Assembly: GCA_965371245.1 (NCBI GenBank)
Contig: CBDUXT010000003.1
Span: forward strand, 65,745-129,744
Length of the DNA stretch: 64,000 nt
Direction of reading: 5' to 3'
From: an uncultured bacterium
GTDB lineage: Bacteria > Planctomycetota > Phycisphaerae > UBA1845
The notes beneath the pieces are model-generated. The model was not told the origin of the DNA and searched no databases. It was given only the letters and a program-made list of their open reading frames with translations. The translations under genes were made by a program, and so were the position numbers. This document shows positions 52,250 to 60,833 of this stretch, piece by piece. Position 1 is the first letter of the stretch. Each line of letters starts with the position of its first letter.

Positions 52250-54172
52250 CTACGTGCCTTTCAGATACTTGTCCAGGAACTTCACGTAGGACTCGGAGGC
52301 CGTGATGCGATTCTCGCGCTTTCGGAAGCCGTGCCCCTCGTCGGGGAAGACCACATACTCGACCGGCACCCCGTTCTTTTTGGCGCCCGCGACCAACTCG
52401 TCGCTCTCCACCTGCAGAACGCGCGGGTCATTCGCGCCCTGGATGACCATGAGCGGCCGCACGATGTTCGAGGCGTGGAACAGCGGAGAGATTCGCCGCA
52501 GCCGCTCTTGTTCCTTCTCGGGGTTGCCGAGCTCGGCGTAGAGTGACTCGCGCTGCGCCTCCCACCACGACGGAATACTCTCCAGCGTTCGCACCCAGTT
52601 GGTCACGCCGAAAATGTCGATGCCGACGTCGAACGCCTCAGGCTCGAACGTCAGCGCGGCGGCCACCATGTACCCACCATAGCTGCCCCCGATAATGCCG
52701 ATTCGGTCGGGATCGACCCAACCTTGTCCTTCGAGGTACCTGCGGGCCCAGACGCAGTCCTTGAGATCGACGTCGCCGTGCTTGCGGTCGTCCATGTGGT
52801 AGAAGGTCTTGCCGTAGCCGGAAGAACCCCGGTTGTTAACCGCCAGAATCGCGTAGCCATGGTTGACCAGGTGCTGGATCGTCGGGCTGTACCCCATGCG
52901 GCTCTGCCCGCCGGGTCCGCCGTGTACCCACACCAGCGCCGGAAGCCTGTTGTTGCGAGCAGCGGTCTTTGGTTTGTAGAGAATGGCCGGTATCTTCAGC
53001 CCGTCGAAGCTCTTGTACCGGATCACGCGGGCGTCAACCAGATCCCGGGCGTCAATCTCCGGGTTGAGGGTGTCGGTCAATTGGCGATGTTCGCCTGTCT
53101 CAAGATCCAGGACGAACAGGTTCGAAGGCGACGTGGCGCTGTTGATGTAGAACGCCATCTGCGTTTCGCTCGGCGAGATTCTCACGCCGCGAATGTCGCC
53201 TTCGGGCAGGTCCCTGATCTTCAGCTTTCGCCCGGTGCGCGTGTCGAGGATCGTGACGATCGTGCGGGCGTCCTCGTTGATGCCCGAGACGCGATAGCGC
53301 CCGTTCTCCGAGAAGTAGATGTAGGAGACGTCCCATTTCGCCTTCAGGATCGCTCGGTGCGTACCCGCCATCAGATCGTACGCCCAGGCCTGGTTGAACT
53401 CGCCGTGGCCGTTCGTGCCGTAGTAGAGTTCACCGCTGTCCGGGGTAAAAGCCATGACCCGGTGGGAGATGTCGCCCGTGTGCTCGGTAATCAGCTTCGG
53501 TTTGGCGTCGGCGTCGGTCGCGTCCCAGACCAGGATGTCGTTGTCGGCGTTGTTGCGAATCTTGGAGAGCGCGACCCATCGGTTGTCGTCGCTGATTCCG
53601 GCGATGAACCACCCACCGGTGTTGCGGAAGACGAGCTGCTCCGAGTAACCGTCGGTCGTGATCTTGTACAGGTCGAAGAACTTCGGATCACGTTCGTTGG
53701 TGGTGACCCAGAAGGCCGTCTTGTCGCCGGTCCAGCCCGCGAACGAGGCCTTGACGTTCTCACCCGGTGTCAGGTCGGTGACGGTGCCGTCCACCGCGCG
53801 GACGTAGATGTGGTTCCGTTCGTTGCCGCCCTGGTCGGACGTGTACAGGATGCGCTCGTCATGCGGAAAATAGCTAATCCCGAAGACCGCGTTGGTCGTC
53901 GAGCCCGTCACCTGCGTGGGCTCACCGCCGGCGATGGGTTGCACGAAGGCGTTGAACACTCCGGTCGCGTCCGTGGTAATCAGCAACTTTGATTCATCAG
54001 GGGAAAACGATGCGCCGGAAACGCTAACCGTGTCGTAGAAAGTCTTGGCGCTATACTGCGTGATCGCCTCAGGTCCGCGACCGTAGTTGCGTATGGTGGC
54101 GCAGCCCCCGCCGAGCCAGCCAACCATCGTCAAACCGACCAGTACCAACTGCGTCTGCGTTCTCGCTTGCAT
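52250..54172 (-). CDS. S9-family serine peptidase (prolyl oligopeptidase/dipeptidyl-peptidase type) with N-terminal beta-propeller
   Basis: ATG at 54172 gives the lipoprotein-like N-terminus LVLVGLTMVGWLGGGC. Nucleophile motif GGSYGGYM. The catalytic Asp/His region reads VIQGANDPRV...FPDEGHGF. Confidence 0.88.
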   Translation of the reverse strand: MQARTQTQLVLVGLTMVGWLGGGCATIRNYGRGPEAITQYSAKTFYDTVSVSGASFSPDESKLLITTDATGVFNAFVQPIAGGEPTQVTGSTTNAVFGISYFPHDERILYTSDQGGNERNHIYVRAVDGTVTDLTPGENVKASFAGWTGDKTAFWVTTNERDPKFFDLYKITTDGYSEQLVFRNTGGWFIAGISDDNRWVALSKIRNNADNDILVWDATDADAKPKLITEHTGDISHRVMAFTPDSGELYYGTNGHGEFNQAWAYDLMAGTHRAILKAKWDVSYIYFSENGRYRVSGINEDARTIVTILDTRTGRKLKIRDLPEGDIRGVRISPSETQMAFYINSATSPSNLFVLDLETGEHRQLTDTLNPEIDARDLVDARVIRYKSFDGLKIPAILYKPKTAARNNRLPALVWVHGGPGGQSRMGYSPTIQHLVNHGYAILAVNNRGSSGYGKTFYHMDDRKHGDVDLKDCVWARRYLEGQGWVDPDRIGIIGGSYGGYMVAAALTFEPEAFDVGIDIFGVTNWVRTLESIPSWWEAQRESLYAELGNPEKEQERLRRISPLFHASNIVRPLMVIQGANDPRVLQVESDELVAGAKKNGVPVEYVVFPDEGHGFRKRENRITASESYVKFLDKYLKGT

Positions 54173-54530
54173 CGCTCTTCTCCAGATGACTGCGGACAGG
54201 ACCGCGGGTCCGCCCAGCGGCGCCCGGCATTGTAGACCCCGCCCCACCCCGTGCAAAGGAAGACTTGACGACATCCGACACCCGCCGCTAGACTCGGGTC
54301 GCTCGGGTCTTTAGAGACAAAACCCGGCTGTTCCCGCCCCTCCACGACCAACGTCATGGTCGGCGCTGAATCCGGTCAGGCGCAAGAGAATGCGTCTCCG
54401 GAGGGTCGGATTCGCGGATGGTTCCCTTGCGGGATCGAATCACTAGGGCTTTGACACGGCTCAACCGATGGATGGCGTCCGATCGGAACAATCCAGGACT
54501 CAGACCCGACGCCGGCAGGGAGCCGCGCGC

Positions 54531-54566
54531 CATACATGGCCGCGCTTCGCTTGGCCATGCCACCCA
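54531..54566 (+). repeat. R6 repeat fragment
   Basis: CATACATGGCCGCGCTTCGCTTGGCCATGCCACCCA compared with 26636-26672 CAGCACATGGCCGCGCTGCGCTTGGCCATGCCACCCA. Confidence 0.65.
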
Positions 54567-54623
54567 TCGGCTCACGTGTGTCGGAGTACCAGAAGGAGGA
54601 CTACCTTGCACACTTCAAGAATC

Positions 54624-55916
54624 ATGATCGCGCTGGTCCTGGCCCTGGCGGCACCCGCCTGCCATGCACAGGAAAAGCATTACGCCTTCGTCGGGGCCAG
54701 GATCATCCCCATCGTGGGCGCGGAACTGGACCAAGGCGTGTTGGTCGTGCAGGACGGTAAAATCACCGCCATCGGCCCGGCGAGCCTCGTGTCCATCCCG
54801 CCCGGTGCGCGGCGAATCGACGCCACGGGCAAGGTCATCATGCCCGGTCTGGTCGATACGCATAGCCACATCGGCGGCATCGGCGGTGCCGACGGCTCCG
54901 GTCCCATCCAACCGGGTGTGCGGATTCTGGACTCGATCAACGTTCTCAGCTCGGGGTTCAAGCGGGCGCTGGCCGGCGGGTTGACCACCGTGAACATCAT
55001 GCCAGGCTCAGGGCACTTACTCAGCGGGCAGACCATCTATCTCAAGATTCGCCTCCGCAAGACCATCGAGGACTGGTTCATCCGTGACGCCGATGGCGAG
55101 CCCATGGGCGGCATCAAGATGGCCAACGGAACAAACTCGCAACGGGCCAAGCCCTTCCCCGGCACGCGCGGCAAGTCGGCGGCGCTCGTCCGCGAAAAGT
55201 ACATCAAGGCGCAGGAGTACCGCGACAAGGTGGCTCGCGCCGCGGGCGACCCCGACAAGTTGCCCGCGCGTGACCTGGCCATGGAAGCCCTGATCGAGGT
55301 GCTGGAGGGCAAGCGCATCGTTCACCACCACACGCACCGCCACGACGACATCATGACCGTTTTGCGGCTCTCGAAGGAGTTCGGCTTCCGCGTGGTGCTC
55401 CATCACGTCTCGGAGGGGTGGAAGGTGGCCGATGAAATCGCCGCGGCCGGCGTCCCGTGCTCGGTGATCGTGCTCGACAGCCCGGGCGGCAAACTCGAAG
55501 CGGCCAACCTCGTGCTGGAGACCGGCGGCATCCTTGAGCGAGCGGGCGTCAACGTGGCCTTTCACACCGACGACTGGATCACGGACTCTCGGGTGTTCTT
55601 CCGATCGGCTGCACTGGCTGTTCGGGCGGGCATGTCTCGGGCGGCGGCGCTTCGGTCGCTCACGCTTGCGGGCGCGGAGATGCTGGACCTCCAGGACCGG
55701 GTCGGCTCACTTGAGCCGGGCAAAGATGCGGATTTCATCATCCTCTCCGGTGATCCGTTCAGCGTATACACGAAAGTGTTACAGACGTGGGTTGAGGGTG
55801 AGAAGATCTTCGACCGAAGTGACCCCAAGGATCACCTTTTCGCCGTGGGCGGTTACGGCGCCGGTGTCGATCAGAAACCCTACATGTGCTGCTTCGAAGA
55901 TGGAGAGAACCAGTGA
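54624..55916 (+). CDS. amidohydrolase-superfamily metallohydrolase (secreted)
   Basis: The signal-like MIALVLALAAPACHAQ is better with the in-frame TTG at 54606. The metal-binding motif is PGLVDTHSHIGG. Later motifs are HHHTHRHDD and AFHTDD. Confidence 0.85.
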   Translation: MIALVLALAAPACHAQEKHYAFVGARIIPIVGAELDQGVLVVQDGKITAIGPASLVSIPPGARRIDATGKVIMPGLVDTHSHIGGIGGADGSGPIQPGVRILDSINVLSSGFKRALAGGLTTVNIMPGSGHLLSGQTIYLKIRLRKTIEDWFIRDADGEPMGGIKMANGTNSQRAKPFPGTRGKSAALVREKYIKAQEYRDKVARAAGDPDKLPARDLAMEALIEVLEGKRIVHHHTHRHDDIMTVLRLSKEFGFRVVLHHVSEGWKVADEIAAAGVPCSVIVLDSPGGKLEAANLVLETGGILERAGVNVAFHTDDWITDSRVFFRSAALAVRAGMSRAAALRSLTLAGAEMLDLQDRVGSLEPGKDADFIILSGDPFSVYTKVLQTWVEGEKIFDRSDPKDHLFAVGGYGAGVDQKPYMCCFEDGENQ

Positions 55917-57259
55917 TGACACGCCAACTAGAGCGTTTCCCGATTGGGTGTGCCAACCGATGGTGCTGTTCAAACCTCTCTACCGCCGGAAGACCGCGCG
56001 GGCTAAAGCCCGCGGCTTGGAACAGAAAAAGGAGAAATACTCCAGCTTGTGCCTTCGTCGCGTCGCTTCTGATTATGCCGGTCTTGGCACCGCCGGTGTC
56101 CGCCCAGGTGGCCGTTCGGGGCAAGAAAATCTACACGATGGCCGGCGCGGTCATCGACAACGGCGTCGTCGTCATTGTTGACGGCAAGATCTCGGCCGTG
56201 GGGCCTGCCTCAGAGGTTACGATTCCCGATGGTATGCGCGTGCTCGACGCGGCGGTTGTCACACCGGGTCTTGTCGATGGTCGCGGAACGGTCGGCCTGA
56301 CCGGCATCTACAACCAAACACAGGATCAGGACCAGATCGAGCGATCCACGCCGATGCAGCCCGAGCTGCGGGCCATCGATGCCTACAACAGTCATGAGGC
56401 CCTCATCGAATGGGTTCGTAGCTACGGTGTCACGACCGTTCACGCCAGCCACGCGCCGGGCGAACTCATCTCCGGTCAGAGCATGGTCGTGAAGACCTTC
56501 GGGAACACCGTGGATGAAGCAGTCATCAAGGACACGGCCGCCGTCGTTGCCACCATCGGACCGTTGTCGGTCAAGAGCGAACGCGGGAAATCGCCCGGCT
56601 CGCGCGGCAAGCAGATCGCCATGTTGCGGGGCGAGCTCATCAAGGCGCAGGAGTACGCCCGAAAACGAGCTTCGGCCGAGGAGGACAAGAAACCGGCGAG
56701 AAACCTCCGCCACGAAGCGCTCGCCCGCGTGCTCAGCAAGGAACTGCCGCTTCTTATCACGGCCAATCGCGTGCAGGACATCGCCACGGTGCTGCGCGTG
56801 GCCAAGGAGTTCGACATCCGCGTGTGGCTCGATAGTGCGGCCGAGAGCTATCTTCTGATCGACGAGATCAAGGCCGCCGGCATACCCGTCTTCATTCATC
56901 CCTCGATGGCTCGGGCATCGCGCGATCTCGAAAACTCGAGCTTTGAGACAGCGGCGAAGCTGGTCCACGCGGGCATCCCCGTGGCGATGCAGAGCGGGTT
57001 CGAGAGCTACGTGCCCAAGACGCGCGTGGTGCTGTTCGAGGCGGCGCTGGCGGCCGCCAACGGTCTGACCTTCGAGGAAGCGCTGGCCACGATCACGACC
57101 GTGCCGGCCGCCATCCTCGGCATCGCGGATCGCGTCGGCTCACTCGAGGTGGGCAAGGACGGCGACGTGGCGCTCTACGACGGCGACCCGTTCGAATACA
57201 CCTCGCACTGCATCGGCACGATTATCGAGGGGAACGTGGTGAGCGAAGTCGTACGCTAG
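55916..57259 (+). CDS. amidohydrolase-superfamily protein, paralogue of 54624-55916
   Basis: Colinear with the upstream paralogue: VRGKKIYTMAGAVIDNGVVVIVDGKISAVGPA...PGLVDGRGTVG. The HxH motif is replaced by G-R-G here. ATG at 55916 overlaps the upstream stop by 1 nt, but codons ~26-35 are an R3 REP copy. The signal-like ACAFVASLLIMPVLAPPVSAQ follows it. Confidence 0.75.
   Translation: MTRQLERFPIGCANRWCCSNLSTAGRPRGLKPAAWNRKRRNTPACAFVASLLIMPVLAPPVSAQVAVRGKKIYTMAGAVIDNGVVVIVDGKISAVGPASEVTIPDGMRVLDAAVVTPGLVDGRGTVGLTGIYNQTQDQDQIERSTPMQPELRAIDAYNSHEALIEWVRSYGVTTVHASHAPGELISGQSMVVKTFGNTVDEAVIKDTAAVVATIGPLSVKSERGKSPGSRGKQIAMLRGELIKAQEYARKRASAEEDKKPARNLRHEALARVLSKELPLLITANRVQDIATVLRVAKEFDIRVWLDSAAESYLLIDEIKAAGIPVFIHPSMARASRDLENSSFETAAKLVHAGIPVAMQSGFESYVPKTRVVLFEAALAAANGLTFEEALATITTVPAAILGIADRVGSLEVGKDGDVALYDGDPFEYTSHCIGTIIEGNVVSEVVR
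55992..56020 (-). repeat. R3 REP-like hairpin, copy 5 (inside the predicted 5' end of a CDS)
   Basis: GACCGCGCGGGCTAAAGCCCGCGGCTTGG, translated as PRGLKPAAW in the amidohydrolase frame. Confidence 0.8.
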
Positions 57260-57270
57260 CAAGTCGGCGC

Positions 57271-57298
57271 TGAGCCGCGGGCTTCAGCCCGCGCGGAC
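57271..57298 (+). repeat. R3 REP-like hairpin, copy 6
   Basis: TGAGCCGCGGGCTTCAGCCCGCGCGGAC, lying 12 nt after the amidohydrolase stop. Confidence 0.8.
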
Positions 57299-57328
57299 GC
57301 CGGCCCCCGAACGCATCGCATCCGCAGC

Positions 57329-57463
57329 TCAGCCTCGCAGACGAAACGGCGGACGACCCACAGGCGTGGGCGTGGTTGAATTCACGCTGACTGCGTCGGT
57401 CTGTCCACTATGCGTGGGCTGCGCTTGGTTCCCGTGGGCACATTCGTTGCGTACGCGCTGCAG
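57329..57463 (-). pseudogene. decayed third copy of the zinc-ribbon/TM minigene
   Basis: The leader GCATCCTACCTGAACGGGCGTCCAACGTA (57468-57495) matches the leader of the intact copy (57921-57949). The start position reads CTG instead of ATG. The conceptual product LQRVRNECAHGNQAQ...NSTTPTPVGRPPF retains QR, C-x-H-x-N and TT-x-PVG similarity but has lost the Cys ligands and the TM segment. Confidence 0.35.
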
Positions 57464-57533
57464 GCCCGCATCCTACCTGAACGGGCGTCCAACGTATGGC
57501 AAGAAACGTCTGCGCGCAGGGTTCCTCGCCAGT

Positions 57534-57731
57534 TCAAAAGGCAAACCACAGGGTTGCGCCGACCAAACTGATACCCACCGCAAGACAAAGCCAGGTCAAA
57601 TTCGTATCCCAGACCCAGGGGCGAGCTTGTGTGAGGCCGGGGTGGAGTAGCGACGCCCCGCACTCGGCGCAGAACTTCGCGTTACCTTGGTTGGTGAAAC
57701 TACATTGCTTACGTGGGCAGATCCGTGTCAC
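57534..57731 (-). CDS. zinc-ribbon + single-TM miniprotein (65 aa)
   Basis: GTG 57729-57731 overlaps the stop of the upstream minigene (GTGA). Product: VTRICPRKQCSFTNQGNAKFCAECGASL... followed by the TM LTWLCLAVGISLVGATLWFAF. It is the C-terminal end of the otherwise repeat-derived 241-aa track ORF. Confidence 0.55.
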   Translation of the reverse strand: MTRICPRKQCSFTNQGNAKFCAECGASLLHPGLTQARPWVWDTNLTWLCLAVGISLVGATLWFAF

Positions 57732-57916
57732 ATACCCCACCCGAACAAGATGGCCCAAAGTGCGATAAAGCCGAGCAGCACAATCATTCCGCCCAACATC
57801 CACAGGAATATCACACCCACCGGGCGCGTCGTCAGTGTGGACCCACACTCGATGCAGAATTTCGCGCGTGGATGGTTTTGGTGGCCACATGCGCCGCGCT
57901 GGCAGATATTTGGCAT
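57728..57916 (-). CDS. zinc-ribbon + single-TM miniprotein (62 aa)
   Basis: Product: MPNICQRGACGHQNHPRAKFCIECGSTL... followed by the TM VGVIFLWMLGGMIVLLGFIALWAILFGW. The pattern is C-x4-C ... C-x2-C-G. GC is locally lower. Confidence 0.6.
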   Translation of the reverse strand: MPNICQRGACGHQNHPRAKFCIECGSTLTTRPVGVIFLWMLGGMIVLLGFIALWAILFGWGM

Positions 57917-58058
57917 GCCGCCATCCTACCTGAAGGTGTGCCCGACGTACAGCCAGAAACGCGTTTGAGGGGCGGGAGTAGACGATGGTGTCCGACGGCG
58001 GCTTGCCACAGGCGATCAACAAGTCACATCCCACCGAAACGAACAACCAACCAAAAGA

Positions 58059-58101
58059 CCGGGTGGCCCACCCATCGCTGCGCGATGAATGGGCCACCCG
58101 G
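58059..58101. repeat. 43-nt nested hairpin built on the GGGTGGCCCA/TGGGCCACCC module
   Basis: CCGGGTGGCCCA-CC-CATCGC-TGC-GCGATG-AA-TGGGCCACCCGG. The same outer-stem word occurs in R2 and, imperfectly, in the 4143-4255 spacer. Confidence 0.7.
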
Positions 58102-58260
58102 GCAGTCTTCAGAGCACAGGGCGCGAGCCCTGTGACCGGTCTCGTATCGTAGAACCCAAGTGCTTGTTCGCATCGTGTCCGTGGGCTTGCGCCCACGGCT
58201 CTGAGGTGGCGCGGCGCCGTCAAGATTGCCTTACACGTGCCGCCAGAACTGTCACGCACT
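58095..58260 (-). repeat. R1 MITE-like repeat, copy D (one terminus replaced by the 58059-58101 hairpin)
   Basis: ...GGGCAGTCTTCAGAGCACAGGGCGCGAGCCCTGTGACCGG...CCGTGGGCTTGCGCCCACGG...GCCGCCAGAACTGTCACGCAC. Confidence 0.8.
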
Positions 58261-58369
58261 CCGCAAGCTCCGCCGCGAATCCGTACGACGTCGAACGTAG
58301 CCGGGCGGTGCCGGGTCGATGACCCGACCTACGGCTCTCGCAAACCATCAAATCAGGTGCGACGAAGCG

Positions 58370-60526
58370 CTAGTCCATCTTCACGCCCAGGTTCTTCACC
58401 AGGAACGCGATCTGGTCGGCCGCCTCCTCAATCCGCATCGTGGTCGGCTTCCCGGCCCCGTGTCCGGCTTTGGTTTGAATGCGAATCAGAATCGGTGCGG
58501 GACCGGACTGCGCCGCCTGCACGGCCGCGGCGAACTTGAAGCTGTGCGCCGGCACGACCCGATCGTCGTGGTCGGCCGTCGTGATCATCGTGGCCGGGAA
58601 CGAGGTTCCGGGTTTGACGTTGTGCAGCGGTGAGTAGGCATACAGGGCTTTGAACTCTTCCGGGTTTTCCGAGGAGCCGTAGTCCGCCGTCCAAGCCCAG
58701 CCGATCGTGAACTTGTGAAACCGCAGCATGTCCATCACGCCCACCGCGGGCAGGCAGGCTGCGAACAGCCCGGGTCGCTGCGTCATGCACGCACCCACGA
58801 GCAATCCGCCGTTGCTACCGCCCTTGATCGCCAGCTTCGACGCCGAGGTATACTCGGCCAGCGCCAGACCCCGCGCCGCCATCAGAAAATCATCGAAGAC
58901 GTTTTGTTTGTTCAGCTTGGTGCCGGCCTCGTGCCACTCCTTGCCATACTCTCCGCCGCCGCGGATGTTGGCCACGGCGTAAACCCCGCCCATCTCCATC
59001 CACACCAGGTTGCTGACGCGGAACGAGGGCGTGATCGCGATGTTGAAGCCGCCGTAGCCGTATAGAATCGCAGGGTTCTTCCCGTTCCTGGTCAGGCCCT
59101 TCTTGTACGAAACGAACATGGGCACGCGGGTTCGGTCTTCGCTGCGGTAGAAGATCTGCTCGGTGACGTAGTCGTCCGGGTTGAAGTCCACGGTCGGCTG
59201 GCGGAGAACGGTGCTCTTGCCGGATGCGACGTCGTATCGATAGATCGTGCTGGGTTGCGAGAAACTCGTAAAGGAATAGAACGTCTCCTTGTCGGCCCGC
59301 TTGCCGCCGAACCCGCCGGCCGAGCCCATCGCTGGGAACGGCACCTCGCGCACGAATCTGCCATCGAGCTCGAACACCTTCACCTGCGACCGGGCGTGCT
59401 TCAGATAGGAGGCGATGAACCGGTTGCCCACGACACTCGCGGACCGAAGCGTCTCCTCTGCCTGCGGGATGATCTGCTTCCAGCTGGCCGGCTCCGGCTT
59501 CCGCGTGTCGATAGCGATGACCCGCCCGCGCGGCGCGTCGAGGTTCGTCTTGAACCAGAAGACCGGCCCATCATTGTCGATCAGTGAGTACTCGGCCTCA
59601 AACCCATCGATCAGTTGGATGATCTTGCCATCGGCGTCCGTAAGGTCTTTGTAGTACACCATGTTCTCGTCGGCCGTGCTTCTCGTGACGGTGATGATCA
59701 GGTAGCGCCCGTCGTCCGTCACACTGCCGTCCATGAACCACTCTTTATGATCGGGCTGTTCAAAGATGAGCGTGTCCTGGGATTGCGGCGTACCGATCCG
59801 ATGGTAGTAGAGCTTCTGGAAGTAGTTCGCATCCTTCATCTTCGAGGCGTCGTCGGGCTTCGGATAGCGGCTGTAGAAAAAGCCCTTGCCGTCCTTGGTC
59901 CACGACGCGCCGGAGAACTTGACCCACCGGAGATGATCGCCAAGATCCTTGCCGGTATCGACGTCGCGCACCTTCCACTCGCGCCAGTCCGAGCCGGAGA
60001 CCGAGATCCCATAGGCAAACAGCTTGCCGTCGTCGCTGATCGCCTGCCCGCCAAGCGCCACCGTGCCGTCCGCGGACAGCTTGTTGGGATCGATCAAGAC
60101 ACGCGCCTCGCCGGTTAGCGACCGGGACGTGTACAAGACGCTTTGGTTCTGGAGCCCGTCGTTCTTTGAGTAGAAGTAGCGGTCGCCCCGCTTGACCGGC
60201 ATGCCGTACTTTTCGTAGTTCCAAAGCTTCGTCAGGCGCTCTTTGATTCGATTGCGCTCCGGAATCTGCTCGAGATAGCCGAAGGTGAGCTTGTTTTGCG
60301 CCTCGACCCATGCCTGCCGCTCCGGCGAGTTCTGGTCCTCCATCCACCGGTACGGGTCGGCCACCTTGGTGCCGTGGTAGTCTTCAACGACGTCGCCCTT
60401 GCGGGTCTTGGGGTAGACCAGCGGCTTGTCGGCCGCAACCGCAACCCCCACCCACGATCCGAGCAGCCATCCGGCGGCCAGCAAGTAAGCGATCCAGCGC
60501 TTCTGCGTGATTTGTGCCAACGACAT
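58370..60526 (-). CDS. prolyl endopeptidase (S9A prolyl oligopeptidase)
   Basis: 718 aa with a signal peptide. DPYRWMED near the N-terminus, a beta-propeller middle region, nucleophile GGSNGGLL and the C-terminal DHDDRVVPAHSFKF...GHGAGKP. Confidence 0.92.
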   Translation of the reverse strand: MSLAQITQKRWIAYLLAAGWLLGSWVGVAVAADKPLVYPKTRKGDVVEDYHGTKVADPYRWMEDQNSPERQAWVEAQNKLTFGYLEQIPERNRIKERLTKLWNYEKYGMPVKRGDRYFYSKNDGLQNQSVLYTSRSLTGEARVLIDPNKLSADGTVALGGQAISDDGKLFAYGISVSGSDWREWKVRDVDTGKDLGDHLRWVKFSGASWTKDGKGFFYSRYPKPDDASKMKDANYFQKLYYHRIGTPQSQDTLIFEQPDHKEWFMDGSVTDDGRYLIITVTRSTADENMVYYKDLTDADGKIIQLIDGFEAEYSLIDNDGPVFWFKTNLDAPRGRVIAIDTRKPEPASWKQIIPQAEETLRSASVVGNRFIASYLKHARSQVKVFELDGRFVREVPFPAMGSAGGFGGKRADKETFYSFTSFSQPSTIYRYDVASGKSTVLRQPTVDFNPDDYVTEQIFYRSEDRTRVPMFVSYKKGLTRNGKNPAILYGYGGFNIAITPSFRVSNLVWMEMGGVYAVANIRGGGEYGKEWHEAGTKLNKQNVFDDFLMAARGLALAEYTSASKLAIKGGSNGGLLVGACMTQRPGLFAACLPAVGVMDMLRFHKFTIGWAWTADYGSSENPEEFKALYAYSPLHNVKPGTSFPATMITTADHDDRVVPAHSFKFAAAVQAAQSGPAPILIRIQTKAGHGAGKPTTMRIEEAADQIAFLVKNLGVKMD

Positions 60527-60687
60527 GGAACATCCTCCCCATGTATCAGTGGAATCAGGAAGTGCTCAGGCGAGCCGACATGACGGCATTTCGCCACGAC
60601 ACATGTACCATCGTTGTAGCTTCCCGCCCCGAACAGTACAAGCCCGCGGCGAGTCCGTGAGTCCACAGGCGGGATGGGTACGCCGAG

Positions 60688-60789
60688 TCAGAGCCGCGGG
60701 CGCCAGCCTGCGGACCCCCCTTGAACATGACACCGGGCTGGCGCCCAGCGCTCTGAAGCATGCCCGACGCGAATTCTCTGAGGCACCCA
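60688..60789 (+). repeat. R1 repeat, degenerate partial copy E
   Basis: TCAGAGCCGCGGGCGCCAGCCTGCGGACC...CACCGGGCTGGCGCCCAGCGCTCTGAAGCATGCCCGACGCGAATTC...GCACCC, lying upstream of uvrC. Confidence 0.55.
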
Positions 60790-60833
60790 CCCCAGCCTCT
60801 CCACGACGCTCGGTTTCGGCCTACAATAACAGC

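Noticed and set aside
57534-57916. Toxin-antitoxin or bacteriocin/immunity interpretation of the two coupled minigenes.
   Set aside because: The two products are paralogues of each other (both zinc ribbon plus TM) rather than two different partners. No recognisable toxin fold, leader-peptide cleavage motif or transporter is adjacent. They are kept as an unexplained minigene array only.
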